Of a DNA stretch of 32,000 nt, positions 10,575-18,726 are shown piece by piece. Where the stretch lies: assembly GCF_000018305.1 (NCBI RefSeq), contig NC_009954.1, positions 1,830,001 to 1,862,000 on the forward strand. The letters run 5' to 3'. Each line of letters starts with the position of its first letter. Position 1 is the first letter of the stretch. The notes beneath the pieces are model-generated. The model worked only from the letters and a program-made list of their open reading frames with translations, was not told the DNA's origin and made no database searches. Source of the stretch: Caldivirga maquilingensis IC-167 (GTDB lineage Archaea; Thermoproteota; Thermoprotei; Thermoproteales; Thermocladiaceae). The translations under genes and the position numbers were made by a program.

Positions 10575-11915
10575 TTACGCAGCCTTTAAGTACCTCTCAT
10601 ACTCCCATGGGGTTATTACGTTCCAGGTCTCCTTCCAATTATAGACGGCTGAGTATTCACTCCACTCCTGGTTCTTAACCTCAACGTAAGCCTTAGCGGT
10701 TTCACTGGGTAAGAAATTGAAGGCCTCACTCTTGGCGAACTCCTCAACAGCTTCACCAAGGTTAACCGGTGTTTCCGGTACCCCCTTTAAGTCATAGGCT
10801 ATGTCAGTTATTGGGGCTGGTGGCTCAACCTTATTCTTAATTCCGTAAACCGCAGCCTTAATCATTGCTGTGAAGGCTAAGTACGGGTTCATGCTTGGGT
10901 CAGGGTGCCTGTACTCAATTCTATTAACCCTCTTATTGTAATACGGTATCCTAATCATAGCTGACCTATTCGCGTAACCCCAAACTATCCTGGTTGGCGC
11001 CTCATGATGAGGTACAAGCCTCTTATATGAGTTAACGGTTGGGGCAACTAGTACGCTTATTGCCCTAGCGAACTTCAATATGCCCCCAATGGCATAGCGG
11101 CACTGCTCAGTGGCTTCCTCAGTCTTTGATTCAAAGAGATTAACCCCATCCTTCCATATGCTTATGTGAGTGTGTGCACCGCTACCGTTAATCCCCCAGA
11201 AGGGCTTAGGCATGAAGGTTGAGATTAGGTTAAATTCCCCAGCAACATCCCTAGCCATTAACTTATATATAGTCATCATGTCAGCTATCTTCAATGGGTC
11301 ATTAACCGGAATATTTATCTCATATTGCGACGGAGCAACCTCATGGTGAACCTTACTCCAACCAATACCTAAGGCTTCAAGGTTCTCAAGTATCTTAGAT
11401 ATTGGGTTAAGTAACACGGCACTATTCCTACCCTCGAAGTACAAGCCGTCATCAGCCAACTCAGGTTTACCACCATTCTCCTTAACAATAAAGAACTCAA
11501 CCTCAACACCCATTTTAACATACATGCCCTCAGCGGCTAATTCGGCAAGGGTCTGCATAAGTACATTGCGTGGGTCAAGTACATTGGGTTTACCTGAATC
11601 ATCAAGAACACTGAGGAATACATCAACTATCTTCGCACTATTCCAGCTCTCAATAAATATTGACCTGAAGTCAGGCAGTGCAACGAAGTCACTCTTATTG
11701 ACGGTGGCGTAGGCTGGTATTGATGAGCCATCGAAGGGCATTCCATCGGTGAGTATATCCTTTGCAGCATCTATGGGCATTAACTCAGCCCTGGGTCTAC
11801 CATGTATATCCATTAGTATTGGTTTTACATACTTTACCCCCGCTGACTTCAGTATCCTCCATATGTCCAGCGGGTCTATTTTACTTAGGGTTTCCTTCAC
11901 TGAACCCTGTGGCAC
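10575..11915 (-). CDS. glnA: glutamine synthetase, type I
   Basis: 446 aa with GSGAHTHISIW (the GS ATP-binding-region signature), NSYKRLVPHHEAP and a RIEYR.PD..NPYLA-type C-terminus. It has a GTG start, and a TATA-like GGTTTATAAG (minus) lies just upstream. Confidence 0.9.
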   Translation of the reverse strand: MPQGSVKETLSKIDPLDIWRILKSAGVKYVKPILMDIHGRPRAELMPIDAAKDILTDGMPFDGSSIPAYATVNKSDFVALPDFRSIFIESWNSAKIVDVFLSVLDDSGKPNVLDPRNVLMQTLAELAAEGMYVKMGVEVEFFIVKENGGKPELADDGLYFEGRNSAVLLNPISKILENLEALGIGWSKVHHEVAPSQYEINIPVNDPLKIADMMTIYKLMARDVAGEFNLISTFMPKPFWGINGSGAHTHISIWKDGVNLFESKTEEATEQCRYAIGGILKFARAISVLVAPTVNSYKRLVPHHEAPTRIVWGYANRSAMIRIPYYNKRVNRIEYRHPDPSMNPYLAFTAMIKAAVYGIKNKVEPPAPITDIAYDLKGVPETPVNLGEAVEEFAKSEAFNFLPSETAKAYVEVKNQEWSEYSAVYNWKETWNVITPWEYERYLKAA

Positions 11916-12058
11916 GATACTCCTCTGGGCACCCCTTATAAACCTTTACTGTCGAGTTAACTAAAAAATACATTCAATATATTGCCTATTAGAGTAATTC
12001 ATGCCTGCCATTGTAGTCGAGTTGCCTAGTATTTCACTTAGCATTAAGTTAATTTTCA

Positions 12059-12688
12059 CTAGTATTTATGCAGTAATCCATTCCTCATTCCGTAAACTAA
12101 GTCAGAGTACTCTAGGAGTATTGGGTCATGGGTTGCAGCTATTATTAACCTACCTTGCCTTGACGCGGCCTTAAGTAATTCACCAACTCTACGTGCATTA
12201 TCCTCGTCTAAACCCACAGTGGGTTCATCAATTAGGATTATCACCTGCCCCTTAATCAATGCAATAGCCAACTCAACCCTCCTCCTTTCGCCAGTGCTTA
12301 ATTCAATTATCCTCCTATTGCCTAAACCACTTAAACCAAGCCACTCAAGTAAATCACCTACATTGTAACCATGGTTACTCATTGAGGCTAATTCAATGGA
12401 TTCATTAACCGTTAAGTCACCGATAAGTACCTCACCCACCGGTAGATAGAATACTAGCCTACTAGCCTCCCTCCTATTATCCTTAACCTCAAGGCCCATT
12501 ACCCTAATTGACCCTTCATAGGGGACTCTACCTGCAATAGCCTTAAGCAGCGTCGTCTTACCACTGCCACTGGGGCCCATAATGGTGACTAGAAGTGGTT
12601 TATCGAGTCTTAATGACACACCTCTTAATGCCTCAACTATGCTTCCCCTTACCTTATACTTAACCTTAACGTTAATAGCATCAAGCAT
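12059..12688 (-). CDS. ABC transporter ATP-binding protein (no permease gene adjacent)
   Basis: Walker A GPSGSGKTT, signature LSTGERRR, Walker B ILIDEPTVGLD, H-loop ATHD. Confidence 0.85.
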   Translation of the reverse strand: MLDAINVKVKYKVRGSIVEALRGVSLRLDKPLLVTIMGPSGSGKTTLLKAIAGRVPYEGSIRVMGLEVKDNRREASRLVFYLPVGEVLIGDLTVNESIELASMSNHGYNVGDLLEWLGLSGLGNRRIIELSTGERRRVELAIALIKGQVIILIDEPTVGLDEDNARRVGELLKAASRQGRLIIAATHDPILLEYSDLVYGMRNGLLHKY

Positions 12689-12749
12689 CAGTGTAACCCT
12701 AGTGGGTTAAATAAAGCATTTAAATTTAGGATTAGGGGGTTTAACACAT

Positions 12750-13118
12750 ATGAGTCAAGGGGAGGGTGAGAAGAAGCCTGAGGAGAAGCCTAAGCTACTG
12801 ATACCGTCCTTCCTAAGGCCTGATGTTTACGTTAAGGAGGAGAAGAAGACTACTAGGGAGAGGAGGCTTAGGGTTAGGAGGAGTAATGATGTTGAGGAGG
12901 GTAAGGCAATGCTTAATCCACAGGTTGCGTCGGAGCTTGGTATCGTGGATAGGGTTGAATTAGTGCTTGTGGGTGGTGGGTCAAGGGAGAGGAGGTATGT
13001 GATGAATGCTGTTGTTAATGATAAGGTTCCTAGAGGTGAGGTTTGGTGCAATGCGGAGGAGATGAGGAGGTACGGTATTGCGGATAACTCAATAGCTACC
13101 GTTAGGGCTCCAAGGTGA
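12750..13118 (+). CDS. small protein with a K/E/R-rich N-terminal tail and a Cdc48/VAT N-domain-like (double-psi beta-barrel-like) C-terminal domain
   Basis: The stretch LRVRRSNDVEEGKAMLNPQVASELGIVDRVELV...VPRGEVWCNAEEMRRYGIADNSIATVRAP parallels, by eye, the LRV...G..RL.....LL....GD.VEI...G.VR.D...R...G..IGD.V.VR pattern of VAT-N/Cdc48-N. The fold call is tentative. Confidence 0.5.
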   Translation: MSQGEGEKKPEEKPKLLIPSFLRPDVYVKEEKKTTRERRLRVRRSNDVEEGKAMLNPQVASELGIVDRVELVLVGGGSRERRYVMNAVVNDKVPRGEVWCNAEEMRRYGIADNSIATVRAPR

Positions 13119-13155
13119 GTTTAAAGCTGAAGCACTTAACGGTGGTTTAGGAATT

Positions 13156-13869
13156 ATGCTGATCCCCCGTTTACTCATCTACACTGCTTCATATGTGCTT
13201 GTTCTTTCATCATTAATGGTTGCCGGTATTGAGGATTATAGGAGTAGGTTAATTAATGATAAGTATTGGATACCGGCTATTGCGGCGGTGCCACTAACCA
13301 TTTACCTAGTGGTTAATGACATAATTATTGAGAGCGGATACGTTATTAATGCTATGGTTGGTGTAATACTCGCTGCTTCAATATATGTGGGTAAATTCAT
13401 GGGTGAGGCTGATTCAATAGCAGTACTACTCATATCAATCGCTACACCACCACCATTAATGCCTAATCCAGTACTCCTAATCCTTAACCTACCCATTATC
13501 TCAGTTTTAATAAACTCCTTTATTCCAACACTCGCCCTAATGCTGATTAACGTCTACACTAATGTTAAGAACCGCAGAAGATGCAGTGACTCAAGTTTAA
13601 TTAAGCTGATACTACTAAGATGCTCCAGTGTTGAGTCAATACTCAAAACACCCCTGGCCTACTCAAGCCCAGGTAGTTCACTAATTAGGGCTGGTAGCGA
13701 TGCTGAATCCTACGTGGCTAACTTGCCTAAGGATTCATGGATCTGGATGCAGTATAACTACCCCTACGTATTCATTCTGGCAGTATCCTACGTGATTTAC
13801 CTAGTGGTTGGCGACATCATAGCCAATTACGCCCTAATGCATGCCTTAGTAATTCCCTTAATTAGCTAA
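13156..13869 (+). CDS. A24-family prepilin/preflagellin peptidase-like membrane protein (PibD/FlaK-like)
   Basis: Polytopic. The first Asp lies in GIEDYRSRLINDKYW and the second in a G-x-[GA]-D-like FMGEADSIAVLL, as in GxGD-type aspartyl peptidases. It begins 38 nt after the preceding gene. Confidence 0.6.
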   Translation: MLIPRLLIYTASYVLVLSSLMVAGIEDYRSRLINDKYWIPAIAAVPLTIYLVVNDIIIESGYVINAMVGVILAASIYVGKFMGEADSIAVLLISIATPPPLMPNPVLLILNLPIISVLINSFIPTLALMLINVYTNVKNRRRCSDSSLIKLILLRCSSVESILKTPLAYSSPGSSLIRAGSDAESYVANLPKDSWIWMQYNYPYVFILAVSYVIYLVVGDIIANYALMHALVIPLIS

Positions 13870-14952
13870 AACGTAGCCTGAGCCCGTTAACTTAGTTACC
13901 TCATTCAATATCCTTAACTCATCCCTAGTGGCTAGGGTTATTGCCTTACCTCTCCTATTAAGCCTTGCAGTTCTCCCAATCCTGTGTATGTATGTTTCAG
14001 GATCCCTAGGTGCATCAAAGTTAAGTATTAGGTTTACATCAATTATATCGAGGCCCCTTGACGCTAAGTCAGTTGAGATTAATGAACCGGAGTCTAATTC
14101 CCTAAACCTACGGAGAGTACTCTCCCTAGTCTCCTGCCTCATGCCACCATGCAGTAGAAGCACCCTTAAACCATCATTACGCAACTGCCTATACAGCCTG
14201 TAGGCTCTTTCCCTAGTGTTAACGAATATTATTGACTTGCCTTCAAGCACCTTCCCAGTTAACCCATACTTACTCCTCCATGAGCCATCCACGAGGTAAA
14301 CCAATTGATCAACCATAGGTAATTCATACTCATGATTACTCACCCTTATGAATAATGGATTCCTTAAAACCCTCTTAACAACATCATGAACCTCACTGGG
14401 TAATGTTGCCGTGGCCGCGTGGGTTTGCTTCCTATTACCAGTTAGGCTTGATATAGTGTATACATCCTTTATGAAACCCATGTCAAGCATCCTATCCACT
14501 TCATCAATAATGAGGTACTTAACATTGCTTAAATCCACAATCGACTTACCGGTAAGATCAAGCAATCTACCTGGGGTTGCCACTATTAGTGATGCATCCC
14601 TGAGGGCCTTAACTTGGCCACTATACCCAACACCACCATACACAACTGCACTGTTGAATTTAGTGTACTTATTGAAGATTAGGAATTGATTCATTATTTG
14701 AAGTGCAAGTTCACGTGTTGGTGAGATCACCAGTGCTTCACCTAGGTCGCCCTTCATCATACTCATGGTTGGAAGCAGGTACGCTGCAGTTTTACCGCTT
14801 CCAGTCCTGGCCTGCATGGCTACATTAAAGCCATCAAGTATCTTAGGGATGACACTCCTTTGAACCTCAGTGGGTTCATTGAAACCATACTCACTTATTG
14901 CTCGTCTAAGCTCCTCTTTAAGTAGGTTGAAAACCATGATTCCCCGAACCAC
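13858..14952 (-). CDS. DEAD-box ATP-dependent RNA helicase
   Basis: Q motif F..PTEVQ, motif I ARTGSGKTAAY, Ia PTRELA, II IIDEVD, VI HRIGRTAR. The track start at 14952 is GTG; an in-frame ATG at 14937 (MVFNLLKEEL...) is an equally plausible start. Confidence 0.9.
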   Translation of the reverse strand: MVRGIMVFNLLKEELRRAISEYGFNEPTEVQRSVIPKILDGFNVAMQARTGSGKTAAYLLPTMSMMKGDLGEALVISPTRELALQIMNQFLIFNKYTKFNSAVVYGGVGYSGQVKALRDASLIVATPGRLLDLTGKSIVDLSNVKYLIIDEVDRMLDMGFIKDVYTISSLTGNRKQTHAATATLPSEVHDVVKRVLRNPLFIRVSNHEYELPMVDQLVYLVDGSWRSKYGLTGKVLEGKSIIFVNTRERAYRLYRQLRNDGLRVLLLHGGMRQETRESTLRRFRELDSGSLISTDLASRGLDIIDVNLILNFDAPRDPETYIHRIGRTARLNRRGKAITLATRDELRILNEVTKLTGSGYVLAN

Positions 14953-15100
14953 TGAACCTAGGTGTTAATAAAACGGTCTCTTTAAACACTTTAAGGCATG
15001 TACAATAATGTTTTACTAGTATTGGGGATAACTAGCTAAATATATTATTATTATTTTACTTATATTAGTAAAATATACATTAAAACACCATGGGGTAATA

Positions 15101-15110
15101 TTTATAAATA
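15101..15110 (+). promoter_or_regulatory. TATA-box-like element (TTTATAAATA) in the helicase/thrC divergent region
   Basis: This is the strongest TATA-like element on the plus strand upstream of thrC, but it lies about 135-140 nt from the ATG at 15244, which implies a long leader or a separate short transcript. Confidence 0.35.
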
Positions 15111-15243
15111 GGCTACTCTACTGTAATAACAGAGAGTTAAAACTCGGGTTTCGTTTAAAACCAAACGGCTTTTTGCCTTTTCAATGATTGAGCCGGTTTA
15201 ACTTCACTATGATTAACTCTACTTAAGAGTCATCTTATTAGTA

Positions 15244-16419
15244 ATGCTTATAAATAAGTTAAGTAAATCCCTTAGAGCAGGTGGGGGTTGTGGAGGAAAC
15301 AGAATAGGGTTAGGTAAGTATGTTTTCAAATGCCCTAAGTGTGGGTATGAGACCCAACCTGAGGCAGGTAAATTCACATGCCCAAGATGCGGCTCATTAA
15401 TGGAGGCTATTCTAGCCGAGTTGCCTAAGGATATTAAACTCAGGTACAGGAGAAGACTGGGTGTCTGGTCGTATTCACAGTTACTGCCTGAACCTAAGAA
15501 TAGGGTTACGCTTAATGAAGGTGGGACACCATTAATAAGGATTAGTAAGGGATTATTCGGTAAGTTTGAGGGTCTTAACCCAACTGGCTCATTCAAGGAT
15601 AGGGGTATGGCTATTGGGGTTAGTTTAGCTAAGGCAATAGGGGTTAGTAATATTGTGGTTGCATCCACCGGTAATACTGCAGCCTCAGCGTCAGCCTATG
15701 GTGCTAGGGCTGGGTTAAGGGCCATAGTTCTCCTACCCAGTGGTAAGGTGGCTAGAGGTAAGTTAGCTCAGTCAATTATCCACGGTGCAAGCATAATGAG
15801 TATTGATGGTTACTTTGATGATGCGTTAACTGAGGCAATGAACATGTTTAAGGCTGGTAAGGCATACTCCTTAAACTCAATAAACGCCTGGAGACTTGAG
15901 GGGCAGAAGAGCATTGCCTACGAGATATATGAGGACATTAAAGTACCGGATAACGTAATAGTACCCGTTGGTAATGCAGGCAACATATACGCCATATGGA
16001 AGGGGTTCTGGGAATTAATGCAGATTGGGTTAATAGATAAGGTACCTAGGATGATTGGTGTTCAAGCTGAGGGTGCATCACCACTTTATGAAACCTGGAG
16101 GAGGGGATCCAGTGAGTTAATTGAGGTTAAGGAACCTAAGACTGTGGCATCTGCAATAAGGATTGGTAAACCAGTGAATTGGCTTAAGGCCCTTAAGGCG
16201 GTTAATAATTCAGGTGGATTACTAGTGACGGTTAATGATAATGAGATAATGATTGCTAGAGGTAGGTTAGCTAGGAGAGGTATCTTTGTTGAACCAGCCA
16301 GTGCATCAACGTATGCTGCATACATTAAATTAATTAGGAACAGTGTAATAAGTAATGATGAACGCACCGTACTTGTATTAACTGGGCATGGTTTAAAGGA
16401 CCCTGATTCAGTTAAATGA
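15244..16419 (+). CDS. thrC: threonine synthase with N-terminal zinc-ribbon
   Basis: NPTGSFKDRGMA PLP-lysine motif, the CPKCG...CPRCG ribbon, and the fold-type II PLP enzyme pattern (GNAGN). The start codon is uncertain (see findings). Confidence 0.9.
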   Translation: MLINKLSKSLRAGGGCGGNRIGLGKYVFKCPKCGYETQPEAGKFTCPRCGSLMEAILAELPKDIKLRYRRRLGVWSYSQLLPEPKNRVTLNEGGTPLIRISKGLFGKFEGLNPTGSFKDRGMAIGVSLAKAIGVSNIVVASTGNTAASASAYGARAGLRAIVLLPSGKVARGKLAQSIIHGASIMSIDGYFDDALTEAMNMFKAGKAYSLNSINAWRLEGQKSIAYEIYEDIKVPDNVIVPVGNAGNIYAIWKGFWELMQIGLIDKVPRMIGVQAEGASPLYETWRRGSSELIEVKEPKTVASAIRIGKPVNWLKALKAVNNSGGLLVTVNDNEIMIARGRLARRGIFVEPASASTYAAYIKLIRNSVISNDERTVLVLTGHGLKDPDSVK

Positions 16420-16422
16420 AGA

Positions 16423-16749
16423 CTAATGAGTAATGAGAGACACCAGGGTCATAGCCTCCATTAAATCACCGCTTAACCTAATTAAGCCACTTAAGTATGC
16501 TTGAACCGGGTCCATTTGCCCATTAAGTAACTTAGCAAGAACATCCCCTGAAACCTGAATGGTTAAGGTTGGGTTACTGTGAATACCCTTATTAATTGTT
16601 AATGATCCATTATTAACCATTACGTAGAAGGGTTCATAATCATTACCCTTAAATTGAAACACCTTAACGCCCTTAACATTACTTAGTAATTTCTCAGCCT
16701 CCTTAACCTTAGCCTCAATTAATGCGTATGGGTCGTTACTCGTACTCAT
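16423..16749 (-). CDS. SCP2 (sterol carrier protein 2)-like domain protein
   Basis: The C-terminal ...G.MDP..AYLSG.I...GDL..A..L pattern is typical of SCP2 domains. The track start at 16770 is GTG. The ATG at 16749 has a TATA-like GTTTAATAAG (minus, plus-strand coordinates 16771-16780) about 26 nt upstream, so I prefer it. Confidence 0.6.
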   Translation of the reverse strand: MSTSNDPYALIEAKVKEAEKLLSNVKGVKVFQFKGNDYEPFYVMVNNGSLTINKGIHSNPTLTIQVSGDVLAKLLNGQMDPVQAYLSGLIRLSGDLMEAMTLVSLITH

Positions 16750-16923
16750 GCTTAAGTACCTTAAGTCCACTTATTAAACGTTACCTAAACTATTACAATC
16801 ATGTACCTGAAGCCTAATAATCCATGATAATGCATTAAGATATTTAATGTAGTAGCGTTGACTTAAGGGTTTAAGCTCTTGGCAGTGCTCAGTGTAACCC
16901 ATTTCCTGAAGCGAGGAGGTGGA

Positions 16924-17760
16924 TTATTTGTGTCTTATTAGATCCTTAATACGGATGTTTCTCTCCGCCACAGTCCTACTGATGAGTGGTAGAGGGTTGA
17001 TTAATGGCCATTTGTAAATCACTATATCAAGTATTTCACTCTCATCATAATTCACTGTAAAGTAACCCACTGGTCTAACGTCACTCCTATTCAACATGCT
17101 CTTAGCTATCTCCCTATGAATAACATCACTCACGAACGGGTGAACTAGTATTGATCTATCGAAGCCGAATGAAAGATACTTGGCTGAAACCGTGAAACCC
17201 CTATGCTCAGTTCTCCTAATATCTAGGAAGTGATGGGCTATTAACTCATAATCAACTATTATAACTAAGTCAACCTGCTCATCAAACCTCACACCACCAA
17301 GCCCCCATATCCTATAGAGGGCATCACTATATGAACCACTTATGTATTTGCCGTAAGCCTTAATAACCTCAACATACCCACTCATTACATCCCCGTACTC
17401 CAGGTATGGGAATGGTGAGAAGCCTAGGAGCCTCATACCCATGGGTTCAACCTCCTCAACCTCCACCTCCTCGCAGAGTCCATTAACCCATGGTACCCAG
17501 TTGAAGAATTCCTGTAGGTAAAGCCCATTACTTATCCTTAACCCAACCCCATTCTCCTCAAGCTTTTTAACAACATCACCCACAAGTATTATTGAGCCAT
17601 CTAATGTTGCGTATACTGATTTAATTAAACCACCCTCATTATCAACTACACCTAATCTTAACCACCTACACACCATGGTCCTTAAGTCCTCAGGCAGCCT
17701 CGCCACAGCATGCTGATACTGCATTACCCATGCACCATTCGTATTAGCAATCACGGCCAC
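16924..17760 (-). CDS. hypothetical protein, translationally coupled to the upstream isoaspartyl peptidase gene
   Basis: 278-aa ORF. Its GTG start overlaps the preceding stop within GTGGCCGTGA (17760-17751). I recognise no motif. Confidence 0.6.
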   Translation of the reverse strand: MAVIANTNGAWVMQYQHAVARLPEDLRTMVCRWLRLGVVDNEGGLIKSVYATLDGSIILVGDVVKKLEENGVGLRISNGLYLQEFFNWVPWVNGLCEEVEVEEVEPMGMRLLGFSPFPYLEYGDVMSGYVEVIKAYGKYISGSYSDALYRIWGLGGVRFDEQVDLVIIVDYELIAHHFLDIRRTEHRGFTVSAKYLSFGFDRSILVHPFVSDVIHREIAKSMLNRSDVRPVGYFTVNYDESEILDIVIYKWPLINPLPLISRTVAERNIRIKDLIRHK

Positions 17761-18698
17761 GCATCATCGGGGTAAAAGGCAATCCTCATAACCCTACTCC
17801 CTCTCCCCCAGGCTCTAGCCATGGCGCTTGTATTGAATGAGGAAGCAACGTTACCCTTAGCATCAATTCCTATTACACCAACTAACCCATTACCATATCT
17901 CTTAGTAACATCATCCACAACCCTCCTTAACGCCTCCCCTATGCTTAACCCATTCTCAACTAGGTAAGCAGCCCTAATGCAAACCATACTCCTCACTATC
18001 ACCTCCCCCAGCCCTGATGCTGAGAAGGCTGCAACACCGTTTTGAGCCCAATACCCTGCCCCAGGTATTGGTGAATCACCAACCCTACCATCAAGCTTCA
18101 ACCACACACCACCCGTGGATGTACCAGCGGCTAAGTTACCGTCCTTATCCAACGCCACCGCCCCCACAGTATCCCCTATTCCTAATTCACTAATTAACTT
18201 AAGATTACCGCTGAAGTAACCCTTACCGCTCTTGTAATCCCTAAGCATGTCCTCATACCTCCTTGACTTAGCATCACTGTAGAGTTTATGGGTTGGTGTA
18301 TATAGTTTCCATAACTTGGCTAATTCCGCTGCCCCATCTCCAGCAATAATGACGTGACTAGTCTTCTCCATGATCATTCTAGCTAATTTAATTGGATTAG
18401 CTACATTCTTAACAGCAGCCACTGCCCCTATTCTCATTGATCTACCATCCATTATGCCAGCGTCCACCTCCACATTACCACTTATGGTTAGAACCGAACC
18501 CTTACCAGCATCAAAGAGTCCTGAATCCTCCATATTAGATACTGCGGCCTCAACAGCATCTACTGCACCTCCATTCTGCAATGCCTTAAGCCCATTAATT
18601 GTCGCATCCTCGAGTTCCTTTACATACTTAAGTCTCTCCTCATCATTACTGAATCTATACCCGCCTGCACCACCGTGAATCACTATTATTGGTTCCAC
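17751..18698 (-). CDS. isoaspartyl peptidase / L-asparaginase (Ntn-hydrolase, plant-type asparaginase family)
   Basis: HGGAG near the N-terminus, the autoprocessing/nucleophile region GDTVGAVALDKDGNLAAGTSTGG, and the later GAG....G motif. Confidence 0.85.
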   Translation of the reverse strand: MEPIIVIHGGAGGYRFSNDEERLKYVKELEDATINGLKALQNGGAVDAVEAAVSNMEDSGLFDAGKGSVLTISGNVEVDAGIMDGRSMRIGAVAAVKNVANPIKLARMIMEKTSHVIIAGDGAAELAKLWKLYTPTHKLYSDAKSRRYEDMLRDYKSGKGYFSGNLKLISELGIGDTVGAVALDKDGNLAAGTSTGGVWLKLDGRVGDSPIPGAGYWAQNGVAAFSASGLGEVIVRSMVCIRAAYLVENGLSIGEALRRVVDDVTKRYGNGLVGVIGIDAKGNVASSFNTSAMARAWGRGSRVMRIAFYPDDAWP

Positions 18699-18726
18699 TT
18701 AAGGGCGGCTAAATGAACCTTTTAAA

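Noticed and set aside
15183-15235. C/D-like periodicity in the thrC leader (ATGATTGA, 12 nt, then ATGATTA, 12 nt, then AGTC).
   Set aside because: No D or D' box with the essential GA is present on either strand, and both C-like boxes are off-consensus.
15219-15668. A 149-aa minus-strand ORF overlapping the 5' third of thrC.
   Set aside because: The plus frame carries the zinc ribbon and the NPTGSFKDRG PLP motif of threonine synthase. The minus product is P/L/S-rich with no motif and no promoter context.
16355-16406. A perfect C box ATGATGA (16355-16361) and D box CTGA (16403-16406) lie 52 nt apart at the 3' end of the thrC coding region.
   Set aside because: The positions expected for D' and C' read TGTA and GCATGG (no GA dinucleotides), there is no terminal stem, and the whole segment is coding. 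A chance C-plus-D pair at this spacing is plausible. Only RNA-seq could rescue it.
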